A stretch of DNA of 59,970 nt, counting the filler, from Sphacelaria rigidula (taxonomy: Eukaryota), in NCBI GenBank assembly GCA_964200075.2. It is 10 parts of 10 records of this genome, joined end to end, with 100 filler letters (N's around TTAATTAATTAA, not from the genome) between each part and the next. Parts side by side here need not be neighbours in the genome. Positions count along the whole stretch, not along the records: positions 48,059 to 53,964 come from CAXNAA020023586.1; positions 54,065 to 59,970 come from CAXNAA020023587.1; 8 more parts are not named here. One strand, given 5' to 3'. The notes beneath the pieces are model-generated. The model did not search any database. It worked only from the letters and a program-made list of their open reading frames with translations, and was not told the origin of the DNA. Of the stretch, positions 50,610-59,970 are shown one piece after another (position 1 is the stretch's first letter; every line of letters starts with the position of its first letter). A program made the translations under genes and the position numbers.

Positions 50610-52678
50610 TACCCAATTTTTGGGCAGATTAAGTACAACCTCGAATACTTTACCTAAATATTGGGTAAGCATTCTGAGCAATATCTGGGTACAGAGTATC
50701 AATTGGGTATGACCTCAATACTCTAGCCAATTTTTGGGTACATTGGATACGGCCTCAAATACTCTACCCAATATTGGGTAAGTTCTCTCGGTGATACTTG
50801 ATTATAGAGTATCACTTGGGTATGACCTCAATACTGATTTTACCCTTTTGGAAGCCTCCCCTCCTGTCCCCGGGCCAAACGCCTCATTATGAGAAGCCCT
50901 GACAAAGAGGAAAAGATGGGAGCAGAAAAGCCGACGGCAACCATTCCATGGTGGAAGACCGAAGAAGAATCCAGTAGCACACGCGGCGGGTGCAGGAAAA
51001 ATGTCCTCCCTGGAGGGGTCGGGTGAGGTTTGTCCAATCATACCACGCAACGGATGAAGTGTGTTCAATTGTATTCATCGACAATAATAATAATTAGCAA
51101 AAACACAACGAAACATTCCATTCAAAAACAGCAATGGGTTCCACGGTCTGGTACGGCACATCGGTAAACAGGAAACCTTTTGTTCCACTTGTCACTCGTA
51201 CGGGTCTGATGAATACGCATTGGGTGAATGTTTGTTGCGCCTGAGCTTTAAACCATCAACCATATCTTGCTCAAAAACCGTCGATTGCAAATGATGAATT
51301 TTCCATTGTGAGTCCCAAAGAAAAGGCTTAAGATCGGCCATCTCCTTCTGTGCTTTGCTTTTGTTGGCTTTTTTATCCTTTTATCTTTTTTCTTTTCACG
51401 TCTTAGTCTACTATGTTGTTCTGTTCGACTTTTTTTCTGTTTTTTTTTTCTACAACGAGTGTTTGAGTTTTGTTCTTCCTACGTACGTCTATCACGCGAC
51501 CATGGCTGGACCCCCGAGGGATCAGTTAAAGTGCGACAATCAATCATCTCTACCGACATTTTGGGTAGATTCAGTATGACCTCAAATACTCTTGCCAATA
51601 TTGGGTGAGTCATCTCAGTAATACTCAGGCACAGAGTATAACTTGGGTATGATGAGTAACCGTGACGGTTGGCGACTTCGTGACGTCATTTCACACAGAC
51701 TATGTCGAATATATGGGCGAACGGTGGCCATCAACGAGATGGGTGACGTCACGTCACAGGCTACAATGAGTATGAGCGAACGATGGCCATAAAAAAACAA
51801 CAACGTGCAGGTGTATGGGCCTACCTGCCCCAACCCCGGCAGTACATACCCACACACCCATACTTCATACTTCGCTTCCTCTTCCGATATCATTTCCAGT
51901 ACAAAGCGCCTCTCATCATCACGGGGTAATCGAGTAGACGGGTAGTCGGGTAGGTATTGTAAAAATTCGCGATTCTACCGGCCGCACATCTGACTCCTCT
52001 CTGGGAGACCCAGCGGTAAAAACGGTAGAAGATGTGGGAACACCGAAACAGACGCGAGGGGAAACAACAGAAAAAGGCGCGACGGGGTCAGGAGTGATGG
52101 ACCTGACCCCTAAACAGGCCCCGGTGGTCCGTGTTGTACAGGTGCCCCCCCTGTACAAACGCCAACGGAGATTTTTACACGGCACCCTAGGAAACGATCG
52201 ATGCCATTGAGAACTTCCTGTTCCCTGACGGATACACGTATGGGGCCCGGCCTCAGATATTCTACCCAAATTCGGGGCAGATTGAGTACGACCTTGAATA
52301 CTCTCCCCAAATTTTTGGTAGATTGAGTACGACCTCAAATATTCTTCCCAATACTGGGTAAGCACTCTTTGCAATACCTGGGTGTAGAGTATCACTTGGG
52401 TACGACCTCAAATACCCTTACGCAAAATTGGGGTAGATGAAGTATGGCCTCAAAAACTGTACCCAAATTTTGGGTAGATTGGGTACGATCTCACGTTATT
52501 ATTATTATTATTATTATTATTTCCGCACATTAGTCCGATCTCGCGAACCCGTGGTCACAGACGTAGGCTNNNNNNNNNNCAATACCGTCCCTGCTATTCC
52601 TTACCAGACACATTACCAAAATAAAGAAAAAAATGAATAAAATAAGAAGAGCGTACTCTACCCAAATTTGGGTACTAA

Positions 52679-52854
52679 GGCCAACTCTTATGGGAGTGTT
52701 TAGAATTTTATTTTGCATTAATTTTGAACGACTTTTTTCTTTCTTTGCCGTAGTTGTGTATTTTGTGCCCGTTCACCATGATGACAGAGAAAAAAATAAA
52801 ACTCCTCTGAAATTTAAAAAAATAGAATTTCGAACGCTCCCATAAGAGTTGGCC
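52679..52854. mobile_element. Tourist-like (PIF/Harbinger) MITE, 176 bp
   Basis: Perfect 18-bp TIR GGCCAACTCTTATGGGAG with TAA TSD on both sides. Confidence 0.9.
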
Positions 52855-53301
52855 TAAGAGTGTGACTTTGCAAAAATACCGAGTATTGGGTATACCCTAC
52901 CCGAACTGCCCGTGCAAACCTACAAAGCTGTTGTGTTGTTTACTCTGTATGTACGGTACGACTGTGACCAACCGCTACTTTTTCAGTAGTGTGTTGAGTG
53001 TACGAAACGTATTTTTTTTTTACGCACGCGAAACACGACCTTGCCGAACGCTTGTTTTTTTTTTAACTGCAGGGTCAACGGCCGCCACGCTCCCGAAGAG
53101 CAACGCCGATTTGCACGTGTGGCATCTGTATGCCGTGGGGGGGGCGACGCCGGCTGTGATGGTTCTGCTGGTACGGGCTTACGTGAGTCTCTTTGGGGCG
53201 CACTTGCCCAGGGAGAGCTTGCACAGGGCTCAAGGGTGAGAGGAAGAGAGATGGAGAGCCAACAGTTAATATATGGCGTGATGCTACGATACGGTGTGTG
53301 T

Positions 53302-53754
53302 CTGGGGTGGGGGCGCGTACTCATCTGTTGCTTGCCTTAGTCGTTTGACCATTGACCACGCATCCCTTTCGAGACGGAGCACCCTTCCTTTTCCTAATAG
53401 AGACGCCTTCAACATCCCGGTACTCATTACGTTTCTTCCATACATTGCACAAAAACTTTTACATATCTTACCCCCGTCCTTTTTCGCCGTCTCTGGCCAC
53501 CATCTATCTCCTAGTATAGCCATTGTTTTCTCGCTTTTGTCTAATGCATCAAACGAGTTCATCCCACCTTCGTTCACGTCCCGCATTCCCCCCTCTAGCA
53601 CGTCCCGTTTCTCGTTGTATAGTTCATTTTCTCCCACTATATGACTTCTGCTCTCTATTCCTTTACCACAGGGGCAGTTCTGTTCATCTACCTCCTCCTC
53701 CTGTCGACTACTGGTATATCTCTTTCTTCTTTCTGGCAGGTCCAGGTCCCCCAC
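53302..53754 (-). mobile_element. LINE family A, ORF2 C-terminus with decayed CCHC knuckle and 3' end
   Basis: CPCGKGIESRSHIVGE(N)...EKTMAILGDRWWP; C-x-C-x7-H pattern typical of non-LTR ORF2 C-termini; frameshifted. Confidence 0.8.
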
Positions 53755-53799
53755 CCGAAATCACAGTTTTACGTTTTTCGCCACGTCCTTTGGGCCATG

Positions 53800-53964
53800 C
53801 AGGGTGGGTGTACACATGATCATGCATGCCATAGTCATAAGACCATGCAGGGTGGGGGTGTGTGTCCTCATGATCATGCATGCCACAGTTAAACGACCAT
53901 TGACCTCGCATCCCTGCAATGCCGGGACGGAGCACGCCGGGTTTTTGCTGGGCCAGGCTCGCAC
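53800..53964 (-). mobile_element. Family-B 3' end with duplicated terminus
   Basis: CATGATCATGCATGCCA.AGT occurs twice, each next to a G-rich tract on the plus strand. Confidence 0.75.
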
Positions 53965-54064
53965 NNNNNNNNNNNNNNNNNNNNNNNNNNNNNNNNNNNN
54001 NNNNNNNNTTAATTAATTAANNNNNNNNNNNNNNNNNNNNNNNNNNNNNNNNNNNNNNNNNNNN

Positions 54065-54975
54065 ATTGGAAATAATTCTGGCTGCTTGCTCTATGAAGGT
54101 AACATTTCTCGAACTTGCAATTCGACCAGTTTCTCGATTGTATATACGATAAGACGGACTATCAGAGTCATAACCTACTAGTACCCCTTCCCATGCCTTT
54201 TGCTCTAATTTATTAATATGACGTTCTACGTGTACAAAAGCACGCGAGTCGATTATGCGCAAAAATGATAATTTGGCATGTTTTCCGAACATTCGATGAT
54301 GGGGAATTTCACCATTAATGCCACTATGCGGTAGGCGATTAATTCAAAATACAGCCGTAGCAGCAATCTCTCCCCATAAACTCTTCGGTAAGTTTGCTTC
54401 ATTCAATAGGCATCGGGTAACGTTCATGGTAGTTCTCCCGTCACGTTCCGACATCCCATTTTGCTGGGGGGTATAAGGGGCCGTATATTTTTGTAAAATT
54501 CCCGTCATTTTACAGTATTTTCGAAATAATCTGCTATGTACTCTCCTCCACGATCAGTCCTGATACGTTGAACTCGTAGTCCTAGGGGAATTGCTAGATC
54601 CTGGATAAATTTGTGAAGTGTAGTCAAAGCTTCATCTTTACTTTTGATGAAATATACAACCTTCAATCTACTGAAATAATCAGTAAATTTAGCCATATAT
54701 TTAAAACCTCCTAATGCTGTTGGTGTTACTGGACCTAAAATATCAGTGCTAACAAGTTAAAGACGATCGGTGATATTGTCCGAGTTGATTGTCTTCGGGT
54801 GATTTTGCTGTGTACTTTTATTGATCATACAAGTGTCGCACGAAGTAAGTGTGCCTTCGAAATTCACACCTGATTCTGCTATATTCTTTATACTACGCAT
54901 AGCTTCCGCAGACGGATGACCTAGTCTTTTGTGCCAGACTTCTGCTCTTACCACAGTTGAGTTAATCGAAGGAGC
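54065..54975 (-). pseudogene. Ty1/copia integrase (HHCC, DDE core, SH3-like C-terminus), decayed
   Basis: WHKRLGH..CDTC; STDILGP; RTDRGGEY; PQQNGMSER; VGYD...YRIY...SRNVTF; in-frame stops and a frameshift near 54510. Confidence 0.95.
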
Positions 54976-56748
54976 TTAGGACTGTTCTACATCGATAACT
55001 TCAGTTGCATACGCAGTACCTACCCCCGTCTCTGTCCCAGAAACGGTGCTAGATGCCAGTGCTGTTCCATGTGAGTTATGCTCTTGGACAATTCTTAAGC
55101 TAATATTATGTAGTGTCCCAGTATTATTGATTGTAATTGGAATTTGAAAGTCACCGACATCAATATGTGACTTCGTAGAAAACACGGTTGAAACACCCTT
55201 GCTGAGGGCCTCGCAAGGAGAGAATAGATGTTTTCCTAGACCTGGAACTATTACAACGGGCATACGAACAGAGCGTTCAATACCATTGACGTCAGTAACC
55301 AATGATTGAATAATGCCTTTCCCTGTGCCCTGTAACATGTGTCTTCCTGCTGCTAAAATGCACATGGGTGGATCAAGCTTGACAAGGTCAAGCATCTCCC
55401 TTTCAATATTAGGAAGTAGGTGGGAATCCAGAAAGTGATTGCTGGCTCCGCTGTCCACTACCATTGTAAATGGTGTTGCCACATGCATATCAGGAGAATC
55501 TGCCAGATCCCCAGCAAGAAAGGTATACCCAACTCCGGTTGGTGGAGAAGACTCCATTACAGTCGCTGCTGAAGGTGCACTCGATTGCTGGACATTGGTG
55601 TACATAGGTACTGTAGTTGACGTGGGAGTTGTAGTGGCGGTGTTCGCCTGACTGACAGGTCCATGATTTTGTATGTTTTGATGGTTATTATTGTTACCAC
55701 GATTACGGTTATTACTGTTGTTCCGATTGTTACCGTGGCGATTATTACTATTGTATCCAGAGCTACCACGAGCGTTCCCATTGTTCATCTGATTTTTACA
55801 CTCTGTGTTATCATGTTTATTTGTTTTGTGAAGGCTACACCACTTCACCTGTCTGCCGTTGCGCTGCTTCATATATCTGCAGTTACGAGAGATGTGGCCC
55901 GGTTTCCCGCAATTAAAACATTTATTGTGAGATAAGGTGGAATTTGAATATGAATCGAGTGGTGATGATGCATACATAGCACTCTCTCTTCCTATGGGCT
56001 TTCTCGCAGATTTGCCACGAGCTAAACGATTCACACATAAATTCCTCATCGTGGACTCGATTTGTGACAGGCTAAAATCAGGATCTCGTTCAGCGTCGTA
56101 TTTGATTTGACTGTAATCATCAGGTAGTCCTTCGATTATTATATCTATTAATCGTTCATCACTGACGCTCTCATTCATATTATTTAATTCGTCTTTGATT
56201 TGATATATATTTGAGAGGAATACATCCGGGTCTTCACGCTGAGACATGGTTAAATTGTCCAACTGTCTCATCAGAATTTTACGTCTTTGTTTTGAAGAAT
56301 TCTGATACTTGGCAATCAAGCCATTCCAAGCTTTCTTACCGTCGGCAGTCGCTGAACCCTGTGGTTCAAACCGTAGCATAAAACTGTTTGCAGGTCCGGT
56401 TGTAGTGAGATAAAGTATGTTGAATAACTGTTCATTCGCACGATCGTTTAGGATTATTTCATCCTCATTACTAACTCTTCCACTACTACTAGTCTCGCCT
56501 TCCTCTGAAGTAACGTCCTGGACTTGAGAACGTGTTACTACCGGGTCTGACCTAGTCGTGGCTCTTCCACGAATATTCTCATAAATTTCGGTGGGACGGG
56601 TTTTACCGTTCGAAATTTCCGAAATATTGGGATGTGTCAAAGATAAAACGGCTTTAGTTTTGCGCTTCCACTCCAGAAAATTCACTCCATCAAATTTACT
56701 GACACTTTTGATGATTTGTGTAACAGACGGCTCTCCAGTTGAATTCAT
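54976..56748 (-). CDS. gag: Ty1/copia Gag-protease (590 aa to a premature stop)
   Basis: Copia gag body, CFNCGKPGHISRNC knuckle, second CSLHKTNKHDNTEC knuckle, protease VVDSGASNH; same frame continues into integrase after TAA. Confidence 0.95.
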   Translation of the reverse strand: MNSTGEPSVTQIIKSVSKFDGVNFLEWKRKTKAVLSLTHPNISEISNGKTRPTEIYENIRGRATTRSDPVVTRSQVQDVTSEEGETSSSGRVSNEDEIILNDRANEQLFNILYLTTTGPANSFMLRFEPQGSATADGKKAWNGLIAKYQNSSKQRRKILMRQLDNLTMSQREDPDVFLSNIYQIKDELNNMNESVSDERLIDIIIEGLPDDYSQIKYDAERDPDFSLSQIESTMRNLCVNRLARGKSARKPIGRESAMYASSPLDSYSNSTLSHNKCFNCGKPGHISRNCRYMKQRNGRQVKWCSLHKTNKHDNTECKNQMNNGNARGSSGYNSNNRHGNNRNNSNNRNRGNNNNHQNIQNHGPVSQANTATTTPTSTTVPMYTNVQQSSAPSAATVMESSPPTGVGYTFLAGDLADSPDMHVATPFTMVVDSGASNHFLDSHLLPNIEREMLDLVKLDPPMCILAAGRHMLQGTGKGIIQSLVTDVNGIERSVRMPVVIVPGLGKHLFSPCEALSKGVSTVFSTKSHIDVGDFQIPITINNTGTLHNISLRIVQEHNSHGTALASSTVSGTETGVGTAYATEVIDVEQS

Positions 56749-56995
56749 CTGCTACTATAATCTGTGTTAAACTCGCACAACGTAACTTTTTTACCTCAAA
56801 CGTCTTCACAAGTCCTCGCTCCTGGACGAGACGACCACTCTTGATCGGGACGACGGGACGACCACGCTTGACCACACTGCAGACGCTCCTGGCCTCAGCA
56901 GTAGTGCCTTGCTGCAGTAGTAATGGACCGACTCCGATGTGACGTCCTGTACAGTGGTGCTAAAGACTTACAGTACAGTACTGACTGCGTAGAGA

Positions 56996-57006
56996 GGCTC
57001 AAAACC
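56996..57006 (-). promoter_or_regulatory. Primer-binding site, half-tRNAiMet type (GGTTTTGAGCC)
   Basis: Directly follows the LTR end CAACA; one mismatch to GGTTATGAGCC, the complement of the tRNAiMet anticodon arm. Confidence 0.7.
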
Positions 57007-57595
57007 TGTTGAAAGTATGGCTTTGGCTTGTGTATCACACACAACGCTCGACTGTCAATTCGACAGGAACACAGTTCACCAAGTGAACTCAGCTCTAACA
57101 AGAGAGCTCGTAGAGGCCGCACGGTGTTGTTAAACACTTGCTTGTGCAATGAAAGAAAGTCAGATGTTTTGAGGTTGGTGCTTTATTTGGCCGAACAAAC
57201 ACAATAGAACACTTGGTTCTTATTCACGCAGAAACCAATGACAAGCTGATAGGCTTGATTGAGTGGAGAAAAATAGAGAGTGACCACGAGGGTGCATCTC
57301 AGAAAACGGTGCTATCTCAACCAAACTTTTCGTACTACAAACTGTACGACCTGAACTCTATGACCATGCACTCTACATCCATAAACTCTTGGTACTGTAG
57401 ACTCCTCGACTCAAGCTTTTCACTATTCTGACATAAACAGTCCGACCTATCCATTCGTCAATCCTGCATAACCGTACAGTCAAAACCCTTCATACTGTCT
57501 GTACTACATTCTACGTATATTGCTGTTCATGCTGAACCGTAACGTAATCTCCCGCTAAAGTTGTATGTATCCATGACATATATTTCCTTCCAACA
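57007..57595 (-). mobile_element. Single 589-bp LTR
   Basis: Minus strand TGTTGGAAG...CTTTCAACA, preceded by PPT-like CAGGGGATG (57596-57604) and followed by the PBS; AATAAA at 57182-57187. Confidence 0.85.
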
Positions 57596-57754
57596 CATCC
57601 CCTGAAAACTATTTCTATACCTTGATTCAAAAGTAAACATGACCGTATCGAAAACATAAGCAAACAGATGATAAAACTCTTCTGCATAAAAAAAAATGAA
57701 AGAATAAACTTCCCCGTAAATATCCACTCAATTATACTAGTTACCACGAAGTTA

Positions 57755-58384
57755 CTACATTTGCCACGAAGTTACCACATTCGGATCTCTATGATATATA
57801 CTTGAACGAAATATAGGTTGAGTGGTCGATCTTGTTGCGTTGACCCTAGACACTATAGCTCCATGAATTCTTTTCTGTAAAATAAAATCAAACTCATCGA
57901 CGTCTTCCTTGTTCCATGCCTTACATAAAAAGTTGAATATCTTTGGATCTAAAACGAACAGTAAATCACTACTTTTATGAAGTGCTGGAAGACTCACAAG
58001 AAAGGTGAAAATTGTAGGGTAAACACTGGTATCCATAAATCCTAGCCTTTTCAGATCATGTGCCATCTGCCTCCTTCCGAACTCTGACTGTCCTGGCACC
58101 AAAATATTCTCCACTATATTTCCTCTTTCTCCCCAAACAATTCTAATAGCTCCTTGTCTGGTGACGTTGTTTCTTGCGTGGTGGCGATGCGAGCGTCGAC
58201 GGTGACCAGAACGTCTCGTGGCGTTGTGGATATTGTTGCCGTCGTTGCCGATGCGTCCATCCATTTTTCTTGATTTGCGATGTTGGAAGCGATGCTGATC
58301 TCTTCTCTTCGTCAGTATCTGACTGCTGCCGAGATAGCCCCCCCCCCAAAACCGGCCAAAAATGTGCACGGAGGCGATGATCAT
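57755..58384 (-). CDS. Putative extra 209-aa ORF between pol and LTR, function unknown
   Basis: Long sense-strand open frame with a basic Arg/His stretch; no motif recognised. Confidence 0.35.
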   Translation of the reverse strand: MIIASVHIFGRFWGGGYLGSSQILTKRRDQHRFQHRKSRKMDGRIGNDGNNIHNATRRSGHRRRSHRHHARNNVTRQGAIRIVWGERGNIVENILVPGQSEFGRRQMAHDLKRLGFMDTSVYPTIFTFLVSLPALHKSSDLLFVLDPKIFNFLCKAWNKEDVDEFDFILQKRIHGAIVSRVNATRSTTQPIFRSSIYHRDPNVVTSWQM

Positions 58385-58590
58385 AAATGTCGTTAGAGCT
58401 GGTTTCGTGTTCCACGACGCGACCTATGTGGGCGTTATAGCTGATTTCGGACTGCTACAAGCCTTTCATGTGGGCGGCATTGCTGCAAATGAGCCCAATA
58501 GTGGAATCGCAGCCGGTTTGTCGGACGGTCTCCCGTGCACTTTTCGTGGGGGGGCTATCTCGGCATTAGTCATCTGCTCCACTTGAATAG

Positions 58591-59970
58591 TTATTTCCCA
58601 AAGTCCTCCACCTGTTGCAAGAGTCTGTGGTGTACTATTTTCTCGCAATATTAGTAAGGATATCAGCAAGTTGAGTTTCTGACTTCACATGATTGATTTT
58701 AATTTGATCGTTTCTTATCATATCTTTGAGGTTCAAAAACTTCATAGCTAGATGTTTGCTACTTGTGCTATAGTAAGAATTTGATAAATTCAGTGCCCCT
58801 TGAGAGTCTGAGAGGATAGTGGGTGTTTTCATCGATGACCAGCCAAGTTCACGTACGAGATTCAGTAAATACATTCCAAATTCTCCATCTCTGGCTAAAG
58901 CTATCAGTTCTGCTTCAGTAGTTGAAGAAGTCGTGATTTTCTGTAGACTTGAAGAAAAGTGAACTAATCCGTTAGCTGAAAAGAACATAGTTCCTGTGGT
59001 TGATCTCATTCTACCTTGTGAACCTGAGTTACCGTATGAAGAATCACAATATCCTTGTAGATTCAAGTTATTCTTCGAGAAGCGGTACGTGATAAGTAGA
59101 TCCGGTATCCCTTTCAAGTACCGAAATACACGTTTCACTGCAACTAAATGATGGGTACTTGGTTTACTCATATGGCGAGCTGCCTGAGTAATACTAAAAG
59201 CTATGTCGAATCTCGTGCATTGAGCTAGAAAAATCAGACTACCTACCATTGCTTGATATTGTTTCGTCTGTTCTGGGTCTAAACGATTTTCTTCTGGTTC
59301 TTCTGTATATTGATTTGCTACACCTGGTGTATATGCGGTGTTGCAGGAGTCCATTTTGAACTTTTGTAGCAAATTTAATACATATTTATGTTGTGAAAGT
59401 CTTAGAAATCCTCTTTCAGAATTTCTGATGACTTCCATACCTAAAATGAGTGAAACAGGTCCTAACTCTGATATTGAAATTTTTGTTTTGAGACTGTCTT
59501 GTACACTTTGTAAGATTTCGATGGATGGTCCTGTAACTAGGATATCATCAACGAACAAAGTGATCATGACATAATGTTCTTGTTGCCCTTTTGTATAAAC
59601 ACACGGATCACTTGCAGTTGCTTTGAAACCCATGTTCTGTAGTTCAGTGTCTATTGTAAAATTCCACACATTAGGACTTTGGCGTAGTCCGTATAAAGCA
59701 CGCCTAAGACGCATCACATGTGGTTTACCAGTATCTGGATCTGATGTTTCAAATCCAGGTGCTTGTTTACAGAACACAGTTTCTTTCAATCTGCCGTTTA
59801 AAAATGCGGTCTGTACATCTAGAGCTATTATGGGCCAATTTTTAGCTGTAGCTATTGCTAATAAAATTCTCTGACTTTCCAGTCGACATACAGGTGCAAA
59901 GGTACTTCCACAGTCAAATCCGTGTTTCTATGCCCAACCTTGGACAACTAAACGAGCCTTAAATCTTCCA
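58591..59970 (-). pseudogene. pol: Ty1/copia reverse transcriptase and RNase H, decayed
   Basis: RFKARLVVQG, LDVQTAFLNG, LYGLRQSP, LFVDDIL, GYCDSSY, SSTTEAE, SKHL, QLADILT; TAG at 59928-59930; a 1-nt deletion hides the probable end TKYCEKIVHHRLLQQVEDFGK*. Confidence 0.96.

Larger units (their letters stand above)
49873..52914. mobile_element. Non-autonomous hAT-like element with many TACCCAA..TTGGGTA palindromes and nested insertions
   Basis: TIRs CAAGGGCAGGTCGGGTAGGGTAT / ATACCCTACCCGAACTGCCCGTG; flanking 8-mers CACACTTA / CAAACCTA (6 of 8 match). Contains a 10-N gap. Confidence 0.6.

Noticed and set aside
5909..54064. Regular 6-kb periodic TTAATTAATTAA motif and any cross-contig gene cluster
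   Set aside because: Artificial linkers; neighbouring contigs are unrelated, so no operon-like system can be inferred across them.
54973..54978. Programmed readthrough at the gag-PR stop
   Set aside because: Further stops and frameshifts in integrase and RT point to decay.

Overview
This is not one locus. It is ten unrelated eukaryotic contigs of 5,906-5,908 bp, sorted by length and joined by artificial 100-nt linkers (N44-TTAATTAATTAA-N44). Gene style (short GT-AG exons, long repeat-filled introns), the repeat families and TTAGGG tracts suggest a brown alga or related stramenopile; this is inference. Most ORFs in the supplied track are spurious. I rebuilt spliced genes by hand from phase-compatible exons: (1) TAF5-like WD40 gene, 4 exons, contig 1; (2) intron-rich, partly decayed DUF7869/Sola1-like DDD transposase, contig 6, minus strand; (3) multi-exon gene with a PHD-like finger and a degenerate beta-class DNA amino-methyltransferase-like region, contig 7; (4) last two exons of an ArsS/DUF3641 arsenosugar-type radical SAM gene, contig 8; (5) decayed Ty1/copia element in permuted order (RT-RH, extra 3' region, single LTR, half-tRNA PBS, gag-PR-INT), contig 10. 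The rest is repeats: LINE 3' ends with C-rich tails, tRNA-derived SINEs, Harbinger-, piggyBac-, hAT- and TA-target MITEs (several nested), and two adjacent ~40-bp minisatellites. All family calls come from motif recognition by eye, without database searches.
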